This document shows positions 8,930-16,896 of a DNA stretch of 20,000 nucleotides, one piece after another (the stretch's first letter is position 1; every line of letters begins with the position of its first letter). The DNA lies in IMG/VR virus record IMGVR_UViG_3300035080_000019. The stretch is one strand, 5' to 3'. The notes below the pieces were generated by a model. The model had not been told where the DNA came from. It did no database searches and was given only the letters and a program-made list of their open reading frames with translations. The translations under genes were made by a program, and so were the position numbers. The DNA is from an uncultured virus (IMG/VR IMGVR_UViG_3300035080_000019) (Duplodnaviria > Heunggongvirae > Uroviricota > Caudoviricetes).

Positions 8930-9247
8930 ATGACCACCACCACCCCCGCCAAGATCGAAACCGTTGTTGTCGAACTGGACGAACCGCTCACGCGCGGCAC
9001 TACCCAAATCACCGAACTCACCTTGCGCCGTCCGAAGTCCGGTGCCTTGCGTGGCGTGAGCTTGATGGATCTGATGAACATGAACGTGAGCGCCCTGCAG
9101 GTGGTGCTGCCACGCATCAGCGAGCCGGCGCTGACGCAGTTCGACGTGGCCGCAATGGACCCGGCTGACCTGATCAAGTGCGGCATGGAAGTCTCTGTTT
9201 TTTTGGCACCGAAGGCGGACCGCGCCTTGGTCTCCCAATCGAAGTAG
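8930..9247 (+). CDS. E: P2 gpE-like tail assembly chaperone
   Basis: 'LDEPLTRG', 'LRRPKSGALRGVSL', 'LPRISEPALT', 'MDPADL'. Confidence 0.93.
   Translation: MTTTTPAKIETVVVELDEPLTRGTTQITELTLRRPKSGALRGVSLMDLMNMNVSALQVVLPRISEPALTQFDVAAMDPADLIKCGMEVSVFLAPKADRALVSQSK
9198..9205 (+). other. Programmed -1 frameshift slippery site (TTTTTTTG)
   Basis: T7G near the end of E, equivalent to the P2 T6G site; the -1 frame is open to 9369. Confidence 0.85.
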
Positions 9248-9369
9248 AAGACGCAATGGCCGACATCGCGACGGTGTTCCACTGGCCACCGGCCGCGATG
9301 GATGAGCTGGAACTAGCAGACCTCATGAAGTGGCGCGAGCGCGCCAGGGTACGAAGCGGGGCGGAATAG
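9198..9369 (+). CDS. E': gpE' frameshift extension (E+E' fusion, 8930-9369)
   Basis: The -1 frame encodes 'VEDAMADIATVFHWPPAAMDELELADLMKWRERARVRSG', the GpE' signature. Confidence 0.9.
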
Positions 9370-11994
9370 ATGGCAAACGAACTGAAAATGCAGGTGGTTT
9401 TCTCGATGATGGAGAAAATCACCGCCCCGCTGAAGAAAATCTCCAGCGGCGCCAAAGATACCGGCAAGGCACTCAAAGACACCAGTGACCGCCTGCGCGA
9501 GCTGAACAAGCAACAGAACGACCTCAACGGCCTGCGCGAGCTGCACCAGGGAATGCGCAAGACCAGTGCCGAGCTGGCCACCGCACAGCAGCGCGTTACC
9601 GATCTGGCGGCCAAGATGAAGGCCACCGAGAATCCTACTCGCGCCATGACGCGCGAATTTAACGCCGCAGTGCGCAGCGTCAAGTCGCTTCAGGAAGCCA
9701 GCGAGAAACAAGGTATCCAGTATCGTGCCTTGCGCGAGCGCCTGACCGACGCCGGCATTGGATCGCGCCAGCTCGCCAACGCACAGACCTGGCTCAAGAA
9801 CAGCATCGCCGCCACCAATGCCGAATTGGCCGACCAGCAGAAGAAGCTGACCGCCAGCCATCGTCAGCAGCAGGTCATGGCCAACGCTCGCCAGCGCGCC
9901 GACAAGCTGCGCAGCACGGCGGGTGGATTGGCTGCGGCCGGCGTGGGTGCTACCGCCAGCGGCGCGGCCGTGGGCGCGCCGCTCCTGGCCGGCTTGAAAG
10001 AGGCCAAGCACTACGAAACTGAGAATGGCCGGGTGCGTGCGCTCGGCCTGGGGCCGGCCGCGACCGCCGAAGCGATCAAGTTCGCGCGCGAGATGAAAAC
10101 CTACGGCACCAGCCAGCTCGACAACCTGCAATTGCTGCGCGATGGCATCACCGCCTTTGGTGATACGCATCACGCCGAGATGGTCGCCCCCATGATGGCC
10201 AAGATGAAATTCGGCAATCACGCCTTCTATGGCGAAGAGGAAGGCGCGGAGAACGAGCGCAAGTTCATGGACATGCTGAAGGTCATCGAAATGCGCAACG
10301 GCACCAAGGACATTGGTACGTTCTCCAAGCAGGCCAATATGGTGCAGCAGGTGCTGACCGCCACGGGCGGCCGGGTCGGCCCCGGTGAGTGGTTGAACCT
10401 GATCAAGACCGGTGGTATCGCGGCGAAGGGGCTCAAGGATGAATCCTTTTATTACCAGATGGAATCTCTGGTGCAGGAAATGGGCGGTAACCGCGTAGGC
10501 ACGTCCATGATGAGCGCTTACCAGAACCTGTACCAGGGCCGCACCACCAAGCGTTCCATTGCCATGCTGTCGGACCTGGGCCTGATTGGCGACCAATCCA
10601 AGGTGAAGCATGACAAGGCCGGCCAGGTCTCGTTCCTGAACCCCGGCGCCATCAAGGGCGCGGACCTCTTCCGCGAGAATCAATTCGAATGGATGGAAAA
10701 GGTACTGTTGCCACAATTGGCCAGCAAGGGCATCACCGACGAAAAAGGCATCCTCGATGCCATCGGCGGGATTTTCTCGAATCGCACGGCCGCGCAGCTC
10801 TTTTCGACGATGTACCAGCAGCGCGCGCAGATTCACAAAAACGAGAAACTGAACCGGGGCGCCGCCAATATCGACGAACTGGACAAGCTCGGGCGGGAAA
10901 CGGCCAACGGCAAGGAATTGGAAACCCTGGCCAAGGTGGCTGACCTGAAGCTGGAGATGGGAACCAAGATACTGCCGCTCTATGCGTCCGGCCTGCAGAT
11001 GGCCGCCAATGCCGTCCAGGCGCTATCGGGCTTCATGGAGCGCAACCCGACCACGGCCAAGGCCATGATTGTGGGTTTCAGCGCTATCGCCGCCATTCTG
11101 GTGGTGATGGGGCCGCTGATGCTGGCCCTGGCCTCCGTCATCGCTCCCTATGCCATGCTCCATGTCCTGTTCGCCAAGATCGGCTTGCAGGGCAATCTGC
11201 TCATGCCCGTCCTGCGCGGCATCGGGACGGTCTTCATGTGGCTGGGACGCGTGTTCCTGATGAACCCGATTGGCCTGGCGGTAACCGCCATCGCTGTAGC
11301 CGCCTATCTGCTGTACCGCAATTGGGAGCCTATTGCCGGCTTCTTCAGCAATCTATGGCAGCAGGTCCGCAGCGCCTTTGCAGGCGGCCTGGCCGGGGTG
11401 GCGGCACTGATCCTGAACTGGTCGCCGGCTGGGCTGTTCTACCAGGCTTTCGCGGGCGTGCTGGGCTGGTTCGGTATCGAACTGCCAGCAAAATTTACCG
11501 AGTTCGGCGCCATGATGCTGCGCGGCCTGGTCAACGGCATCACCAGCGGCATTGGTGCCGTGAAGAATGCCGTGCTGGGCGCGGGCGCCAGCGTCATTGG
11601 CTGGTTCAAGGAAAAACTGGACATCCATAGCCCTAGCCGTGTCTTTGCCGAGCTGGGCGACTACACCATGCAGGGCCTGGCCGTGGGGCTCAATCGTGGC
11701 CAGGATGGCCCGCTGTCCACCGTCAGCAGCCTTGCCGGCAAGCTGGCCAGTGCTGGCGCTGCTGTGGCCATTGGTGCCGGCAGCGTGCCGGCGATGGCCT
11801 TTGATAGTCGTCCGCCCATCAGCGGCGCCAGCACACAGCCGGTCGTCTACCAGGGCGACACGGTGCAGATCATCATCCAGCCGGCACCGGGCATGGATGA
11901 GCAAGCCATCGCCCGGGCGGTAGCCGCCGAGCTGGACCGACGCGACCGCATGAAAGCATCGCGCCAGCGTTCGAACCTCGCCGATTGGGATTAA
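9370..11994 (+). CDS. T: Tail tape measure protein (gpT position), 874 aa
   Basis: Follows E'; long Ala-rich helical protein with hydrophobic C-terminal segments, 'NPIGL...LYRNWEPI..FF' and 'IHSPSRVF'. Confidence 0.93.
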   Translation: MANELKMQVVFSMMEKITAPLKKISSGAKDTGKALKDTSDRLRELNKQQNDLNGLRELHQGMRKTSAELATAQQRVTDLAAKMKATENPTRAMTREFNAAVRSVKSLQEASEKQGIQYRALRERLTDAGIGSRQLANAQTWLKNSIAATNAELADQQKKLTASHRQQQVMANARQRADKLRSTAGGLAAAGVGATASGAAVGAPLLAGLKEAKHYETENGRVRALGLGPAATAEAIKFAREMKTYGTSQLDNLQLLRDGITAFGDTHHAEMVAPMMAKMKFGNHAFYGEEEGAENERKFMDMLKVIEMRNGTKDIGTFSKQANMVQQVLTATGGRVGPGEWLNLIKTGGIAAKGLKDESFYYQMESLVQEMGGNRVGTSMMSAYQNLYQGRTTKRSIAMLSDLGLIGDQSKVKHDKAGQVSFLNPGAIKGADLFRENQFEWMEKVLLPQLASKGITDEKGILDAIGGIFSNRTAAQLFSTMYQQRAQIHKNEKLNRGAANIDELDKLGRETANGKELETLAKVADLKLEMGTKILPLYASGLQMAANAVQALSGFMERNPTTAKAMIVGFSAIAAILVVMGPLMLALASVIAPYAMLHVLFAKIGLQGNLLMPVLRGIGTVFMWLGRVFLMNPIGLAVTAIAVAAYLLYRNWEPIAGFFSNLWQQVRSAFAGGLAGVAALILNWSPAGLFYQAFAGVLGWFGIELPAKFTEFGAMMLRGLVNGITSGIGAVKNAVLGAGASVIGWFKEKLDIHSPSRVFAELGDYTMQGLAVGLNRGQDGPLSTVSSLAGKLASAGAAVAIGAGSVPAMAFDSRPPISGASTQPVVYQGDTVQIIIQPAPGMDEQAIARAVAAELDRRDRMKASRQRSNLADWD

Positions 11995-12005
11995 GGAGTC
12001 ACATC

Positions 12006-12590
12006 ATGATGATGGTCTTGGGAATGTTCGTCTTCAGCCTGCCCACGCTCGCCTACCAGGAACTGCAACGGCAAACGCAATGGAAGTTCGCCAGCAATTC
12101 GCGCGTGGGCCGGCGCGATGCGCTGCAGTTCACCGGCAAGGGCGATGACGCCATCACCTTGTCGGGCTGGATTGCACCTGAGCTGACCGGTAGCGCGTTC
12201 TCGCTCGATGCCCTGCGCCTCATGGCCGACACCGGCAAGAGCTGGTTCCTGATCCAGGGNNNNNNNGGCGATGCCAAGCGCATCGAGTTCACCATCAAAC
12301 TCAAGCGCACCGACGACAGCGTGCTATCAGCGCTGGGCCTGGGCGATATCTCCGATCTGCGCAATATGGTTAATATCGACGGCATCACCAATAGCATCGC
12401 CGACAAGGCGCGCAATGTGGTGGGTAGTGCAATCGGTGGCGTAACCAGTGCTGCTGGGGCGATTGTCGGGAAGGTCAGTGGCGCGGCTGGGGCAGTGGGT
12501 AGCGTCAAGGGCGCTATCGGCAATGCGTCGGGCGCCGTGAGTGGTGCGGCCGGTTCTGCCGCTGGCAAAATCGGAGGACTCGGACAATGA
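12006..12590 (+). CDS. U: P2 gpU-like tail protein, interrupted by an N gap, with a Gly/Ala-rich C-terminal extension
   Basis: TAAGGAG SD; 'MMVLGMFVFSL.TLAYQELQR', 'ITLSG', 'RIEFTIKLKR'. Frame across the gap is unverified. Confidence 0.88.
   Translation: MMMVLGMFVFSLPTLAYQELQRQTQWKFASNSRVGRRDALQFTGKGDDAITLSGWIAPELTGSAFSLDALRLMADTGKSWFLIQXXXGDAKRIEFTIKLKRTDDSVLSALGLGDISDLRNMVNIDGITNSIADKARNVVGSAIGGVTSAAGAIVGKVSGAAGAVGSVKGAIGNASGAVSGAAGSAAGKIGGLGQ
12260..12266. other. Assembly gap (7 N)
   Basis: Run of n within gpU. Confidence 0.99.
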
Positions 12591-13816
12591 CCACCACCGC
12601 GCCGGCATTCCGCATCGTCATCGAAGAGAAGGACATTAGCCGCCCGGTCTCCGACCGGCTTATCAGCATCACCCTGCGCGAGTGCCGGGGTGATGAAGCG
12701 GACCAGTTGGATATCGAGCTGGACGATAGCGATGGCAAGCTGAAGATCCCGCCCAAAGGCGCCAAGCTGCAATTTGCGCTGGGCTGGCTGGGCTCCCCAT
12801 TGGTGGACAAGGGCGCGTTCGTGGTTTCCGAGGTGGAGCATAGCGGCGCACCGGATCGGCTCACCATTCGTGCCAGGTCTGCCAGCATGATCGACGCATT
12901 CCGTCAGCAGCGCGACCGCAGTTTCCATGAGACCATGCTTGGCGCAGTGGTGGACGCCATCGCTGCCGGCAATGGCCTGGCGTCCGGTATCTCGGCCAGC
13001 CTGCGCGGCATCGCCATCAAGCACCTGGACCAGACCCATGAAAGCGACTCTGCGCTGCTGCGCCGCCTGGGCAAAAAATATGATGCCGTGGCCACGGTGA
13101 AAAATGACACGCTGCTATTCATGCCGATCAACGAAGGCCGCACAGCAAGCGGTAAGCCGTTGCCGGTGGTCAAGGTGGTGCGTGCGCTGGGTGACCAGCA
13201 CCGCTATCACAGCTCGGAGTCGGATGCTTATAGCGGCGTGCGCGCTTTCTGGATGGATGAGAAATACGGACGGCGGCGCAGCGTGGTCGCCGGCCAGGCT
13301 GGCAACAGCAAGCGCCTGCGCACGACCTTTGCGAATGAGGCTGATGCGCGTACTGCCGCTGTGGCCGAGTGGCAGCGCATTGAGCGTGGCTTGGCCACCT
13401 TCGAGATGCAGCTTGCCCTGGGGGATGCCAACATCATGCCGCAATCACCCGTGGTGGTCACCGGATTCAAGGCGGATATCGACGCGACAGAATGGCTATC
13501 GAAAACGGTAACGCACTCGATCAGCGGTAGCGGTTTTACTACGCGCATCGAGTTCGAAACCAAGTCCGAAGCGGCCGACACCGAGCGTGAACTTGAGCAC
13601 GATCCAGAGGAAGGCATCACTGGAGTGACGGCCAATTGGCTCGACAAAGCCAAGTCAAAAAACAACAAAGGCGCCGAGCTGGTGGGCAAGGCCGACAATA
13701 CCAAGACACTGAAACGGACCTATGCCACCAAGCAAAGTGCTGCTCGCGCCGCTGCTCTGGAATGGGCCAAAATCAAGGAGGTCCGTGAGATTATTAGGGA
13801 GAACAGTACAGACTAG
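12587..13816 (+). CDS. D: P2 gpD-like baseplate hub ('late control D') protein
   Basis: 'EADQLDIELDD.DG', 'LVDKG.F.V.EVEHSGAPDRLTIRARSA', 'DQT.ESD'; ATGA overlap with U. Confidence 0.94.
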   Translation: MTTTAPAFRIVIEEKDISRPVSDRLISITLRECRGDEADQLDIELDDSDGKLKIPPKGAKLQFALGWLGSPLVDKGAFVVSEVEHSGAPDRLTIRARSASMIDAFRQQRDRSFHETMLGAVVDAIAAGNGLASGISASLRGIAIKHLDQTHESDSALLRRLGKKYDAVATVKNDTLLFMPINEGRTASGKPLPVVKVVRALGDQHRYHSSESDAYSGVRAFWMDEKYGRRRSVVAGQAGNSKRLRTTFANEADARTAAVAEWQRIERGLATFEMQLALGDANIMPQSPVVVTGFKADIDATEWLSKTVTHSISGSGFTTRIEFETKSEAADTERELEHDPEEGITGVTANWLDKAKSKNNKGAELVGKADNTKTLKRTYATKQSAARAAALEWAKIKEVREIIRENSTD

Positions 13817-13986
13817 AAAGGTCTCATTGTCACTGATATATCATATCTACTCTGTACTCAAAACGTACCTTCTCCCCCATTTATGCCGCTGTTTGGGGGC
13901 GAAGGATGCCTCAAAGAAATTAAATAGAATGTCGACTACCAATATTTTCTCAGCAGCATTGCAGAGGCATCAAGGCGTATAAGCAA

Positions 13987-14907
13987 ATGAGATCGACATT
14001 ACCGGAACTTGGGGCCGAGCTAGCGTTATATTCAATTGACGCAGTGAGCGACATGATTATTTGGCTCGACGAAGACGGATATTACGTATTCGTCAATAAG
14101 GCCGCCACAGAGTTTTTAGGCTATACATCTCAAGAGCTAGGACAATTGAGAGTCTGTGATATTGATCCAGACTTTGACGAGGTACGCTGGAAGGATCATT
14201 GGAAGGAGCTTGAGATAAAGCGGTCCGTTTGTTTGGAAACGACCAACAGGAACAAATCTGGACAGATTATTCCAATTGAAGTGAACGCAAGCCTAGTTCA
14301 ATTTGAAGGAAAAAAATTCAATTGCTCTATCGTTCGAAATATCTCTGAAAGGAAGCGTACTGAAGCCTCACTGCTCGCACTGAACAAGCAAATCTATTTG
14401 CTGAGCATTACCGACGACCTAACCCAATTGGGGAATCGACGTCATTTTGACGAGGTGTTTAAAAGAGAGCTTCAACGTGCTATTGAGCAGAAAATTCCTT
14501 TTTCTTTGGTTCTTATCGACGTTGATTATTTCAAGGCATTCAATGATCTATATGGGCATATACAAGGCGATCATTGCTTAAAACGCGTAGCAGCCACGAT
14601 AAGTGCATCAATTCAATCTACGAATGAATTAGCTGCGAGATACGGAGGAGAAGAATTTGTCTGCATTCTGCCGGGCATGTCCCCAAAAAATGTTTTGGGA
14701 TTTGGTGAAAGACTAAGACAAGCAATCCAAGATCTGGCAATTCCACACAGTGGATCGTCTTTTGGCACTGTCACAGCGAGTATCGGCGTGTCTACCTTAG
14801 AGATTACCGATAGCATCTCGCCTGAGAGCCTGTTCTTCGAGGCTGATCAACATCTCTATCGAGCCAAAGCGAATGGGCGCAATCGGGTCGAAGGAAAATC
14901 TAGTTAG
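13987..14907 (+). CDS. Moron: PAS/PAC-GGDEF diguanylate cyclase
   Basis: PAS (D.IIWLDEDG..VFVNKA..EFLGY) and PAC (IPIEVN...VRNISERK); 'TDDLTQLGNRR', 'LIDVDYFKAFNDLYGH..GD', 'RYGGEEF', 'ADQHLYRAKANGRNRV'; AT-rich relative to the phage core. Confidence 0.96.
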   Translation: MRSTLPELGAELALYSIDAVSDMIIWLDEDGYYVFVNKAATEFLGYTSQELGQLRVCDIDPDFDEVRWKDHWKELEIKRSVCLETTNRNKSGQIIPIEVNASLVQFEGKKFNCSIVRNISERKRTEASLLALNKQIYLLSITDDLTQLGNRRHFDEVFKRELQRAIEQKIPFSLVLIDVDYFKAFNDLYGHIQGDHCLKRVAATISASIQSTNELAARYGGEEFVCILPGMSPKNVLGFGERLRQAIQDLAIPHSGSSFGTVTASIGVSTLEITDSISPESLFFEADQHLYRAKANGRNRVEGKSS

Positions 14908-14965
14908 TCTGTAGCCTCATCCAGAAAGCGGAGTCACGATCATTTTAGAAAACAATTTCGACTGA

Positions 14966-15628
14966 CTATCTTGGTTTCGACCAAAGCGATTTACCGCTCG
15001 TGGCATCGAAGATGCATTCTTGGCGCAAGTCGCCTTCTGATCTGATAGTGAATCCTGTCGTGTACGCCTTGCCTTCGAAATAGCAGGTATTGTCTGCAAC
15101 CTGCTCCGGCTCAACCGGCGCGGGCATTTTGTAGAGTAGCCATCCGCAAGTCATAACCAGAACCAAAACTAGCAACCAATTGATGAACACTTGTTTCTGC
15201 GCTCGGGCGATCGCTATGTCCTTTTCGCTACAGACCGCACATTCATGGGCCTTGTGCTGTTCGCAGGTCGGCGGCAGCAGACGCGCTTGATCTAACGCTC
15301 GATCAGTTTTCGCGGTACCGGCATCAATCCAACCTTCGAGTGTCTCCTTGACCTTCGTGTAATGCTCGATAGGTAATTCTCGGAAATACTGGATGCCATA
15401 ATCTGCGATGAAAATTTTATAAATTTCGATTTCTTTATCGCCGCAAATTGCTGCCCACTCTTTCACCAGAACATTAATCCTCTTGCGCTGATAATCAGTG
15501 ATCCGCTGGACTTCCTTTTTACCCTCATTCAAATGCAGATTGACGACGTTGCTGAGCCTTGCAACTTGATGCACATCGCCTATCACCGCGTTTTCGACAT
15601 CCCCATGAAAATCCACTTTGTCCGACAT
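14966..15628 (-). CDS. Single-pass membrane protein: N-terminal motif shared with the repressor, ORF6C-like domain, TM helix, DUF1496-like C-terminus
   Basis: 'IADYGIQYFRELPIEHYTKVKETLEGW' resembles ORF6C; TM 'VFINWLLVLVLVMTCGWLLY'; 'CYFEGKAYTTG..I.....RQEC' resembles DUF1496. Domain calls are from memory of the family patterns. Confidence 0.65.
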   Translation of the reverse strand: MSDKVDFHGDVENAVIGDVHQVARLSNVVNLHLNEGKKEVQRITDYQRKRINVLVKEWAAICGDKEIEIYKIFIADYGIQYFRELPIEHYTKVKETLEGWIDAGTAKTDRALDQARLLPPTCEQHKAHECAVCSEKDIAIARAQKQVFINWLLVLVLVMTCGWLLYKMPAPVEPEQVADNTCYFEGKAYTTGFTIRSEGDLRQECIFDATSGKSLWSKPR

Positions 15629-15717
15629 GTAAAACCTGTTCTTCTAATTCATCAATACAACTGCTTTTGTGACTAAGGTTTGACCCAGCCTCTACACAGC
15701 ATTCCGCCATGCCGCGC

Positions 15718-16143
15718 CTATTTTTTTTTGCGCCCCACATAGACTGGAGCAGTGATGTCGCCAATCACCTGATGTCCCACTCTGCCATGGAAATTAATTT
15801 CTTGATTTCGTTGGACAGCCTTAGGGGCCTCTGCCTCATTCATTCCATCGGCTAAGCCCAACAGTCTTGCCTTCCCGCGAACATCCAGTTTCCGATACGA
15901 AATCACCAACTCATTTTCTTCGGGTGAAAGAGTTGTAGACGAAGTGATACCAGTCAACACGAATTGAACATCTACCCCCTGGCCTGCCAACTGGGCTAGA
16001 AATTCTGCATTGGGCACAAGCTTGCCCTGCTCCCAATCGACTTGTGAGCGTTTCGATGCCCCGCCTAACGCGGCAAATTCAGCCTGATTAAGGCCTAATC
16101 GCTCGCGCTCAGCTTTCAAGCGGCTCCCGATTAATTGACGCAA
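15718..16143 (-). CDS. XRE-family HTH prophage immunity repressor
   Basis: 'IGSRLKAERERLGLNQAEFAALGGASKRSQVDWEQGKLVPNAEFL...GVDVQFVLTG'. Likely TTG start at 16143 after AGGTG. Divergent from the early genes; no S24 peptidase domain. Confidence 0.9.
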   Translation of the reverse strand: MRQLIGSRLKAERERLGLNQAEFAALGGASKRSQVDWEQGKLVPNAEFLAQLAGQGVDVQFVLTGITSSTTLSPEENELVISYRKLDVRGKARLLGLADGMNEAEAPKAVQRNQEINFHGRVGHQVIGDITAPVYVGRKKK

Positions 16144-16159
16144 TTTTTCACCTTTTGTA

Positions 16160-16188
16160 TTTACAAGTGCGAGATTTCGCACTATATT
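16160..16188 (+). promoter_or_regulatory. Early (lytic) sigma70 promoter with an operator in the spacer
   Basis: TTTACA (16160-16165)-17 nt-TATATT (16183-16188); palindrome AGTGCGA-gatt-TCGCACT (16166-16183) fills the spacer. Confidence 0.8.
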
Positions 16189-16225
16189 TGCGTCATTGCT
16201 AAGTGACGTATACAAATTTTACTCT

Positions 16226-16450
16226 ATGTCTACATCCGCCATTTCGTTGCCACCAAGAAATGAAACTGACATTCCAGCTATCAGGGATGTCACATCGGTG
16301 GTTATGACCACCCGCCTGGATTCTCGCGAGGCGGAAAAAGTCTCGGCCTATGCAGTTCAAGACCATCGAACTCGCTCCTCCTTTCTTCGCCTCATGGTTC
16401 TGAAAGGTATTCAGGCCTACGAAAAAGAACACCAATCCGCAACTGCCTGA
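16226..16450 (+). CDS. First early gene (Cro/Cox position), probable ribbon-helix-helix DNA-binding protein
   Basis: Divergent from the repressor; 'VMTTRLD..EAEKV..YA....RTRSSFLRLMVLKGI' strand-helix-helix pattern. Confidence 0.6.
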   Translation: MSTSAISLPPRNETDIPAIRDVTSVVMTTRLDSREAEKVSAYAVQDHRTRSSFLRLMVLKGIQAYEKEHQSATA

Positions 16451-16463
16451 CCAGGGGAAATCT

Positions 16464-16706
16464 ATGTACGACGATCCGCGCCACATCCGCGATCACCGAA
16501 TCGTGATCCGCTGCAACGCAGACAACTACGCTTTCATGAAGTCGCTCGCCCAACTGCAGGGTGAAAACTTGGCGACCTTGGCCCACGACATGATGCTGCA
16601 TATGGCCGTCGAGTTCGTTGTTGCTCGTGATGTGCCTATAGTAATCAATCAAAACATGCAAACCAAGGCGCTGAAGAGCCACTTTTTAGTGCCTCAAAAT
16701 GCCTGA
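16464..16706 (+). CDS. Early hypothetical protein, possibly RHH-like
   Basis: AGGGG SD; 'MYDDPRHIRDHRIVIRCN' followed by a helical segment; operon position. Confidence 0.65.
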   Translation: MYDDPRHIRDHRIVIRCNADNYAFMKSLAQLQGENLATLAHDMMLHMAVEFVVARDVPIVINQNMQTKALKSHFLVPQNA

Positions 16707-16896
16707 TATCGAACTGACGCTGATAAGCCCTGCACTCGTTGAGGCATTGGAAATACTGATGGCGTGCGAGGGATTCGAGACAATCGAAGACGCCGCTGAG
16801 TTCGTTTTTTCCGCAGCGGTTCGTGAAGGTGCAAAGCGTGTTACCGGCAAGGCAAGAGTGCTTTATGCCGTTGAGGGGAAGAAGCCATGCGCGTAA
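16699..16896 (+). CDS. Early hypothetical protein
   Basis: Overlap-coupled to both neighbours; 65 aa. Confidence 0.6.
   Translation: MPDIELTLISPALVEALEILMACEGFETIEDAAEFVFSAAVREGAKRVTGKARVLYAVEGKKPCA

Noticed and set aside
7107..10836. Long minus-strand ORFs (7107-8732, 9313-10836; also 12053-13039)
   Set aside because: Antisense shadows of high-GC structural genes with no recognisable motifs
12260..12266. Apparent internal deletion or pseudogenisation of gpU
   Set aside because: It coincides with an N gap. The missing conserved segment is most likely unsequenced rather than lost
13722..13982. 86-aa ORF between D and the cyclase
   Set aside because: Overlaps D out of frame, has no SD or recognisable features, and spans a probable regulatory region
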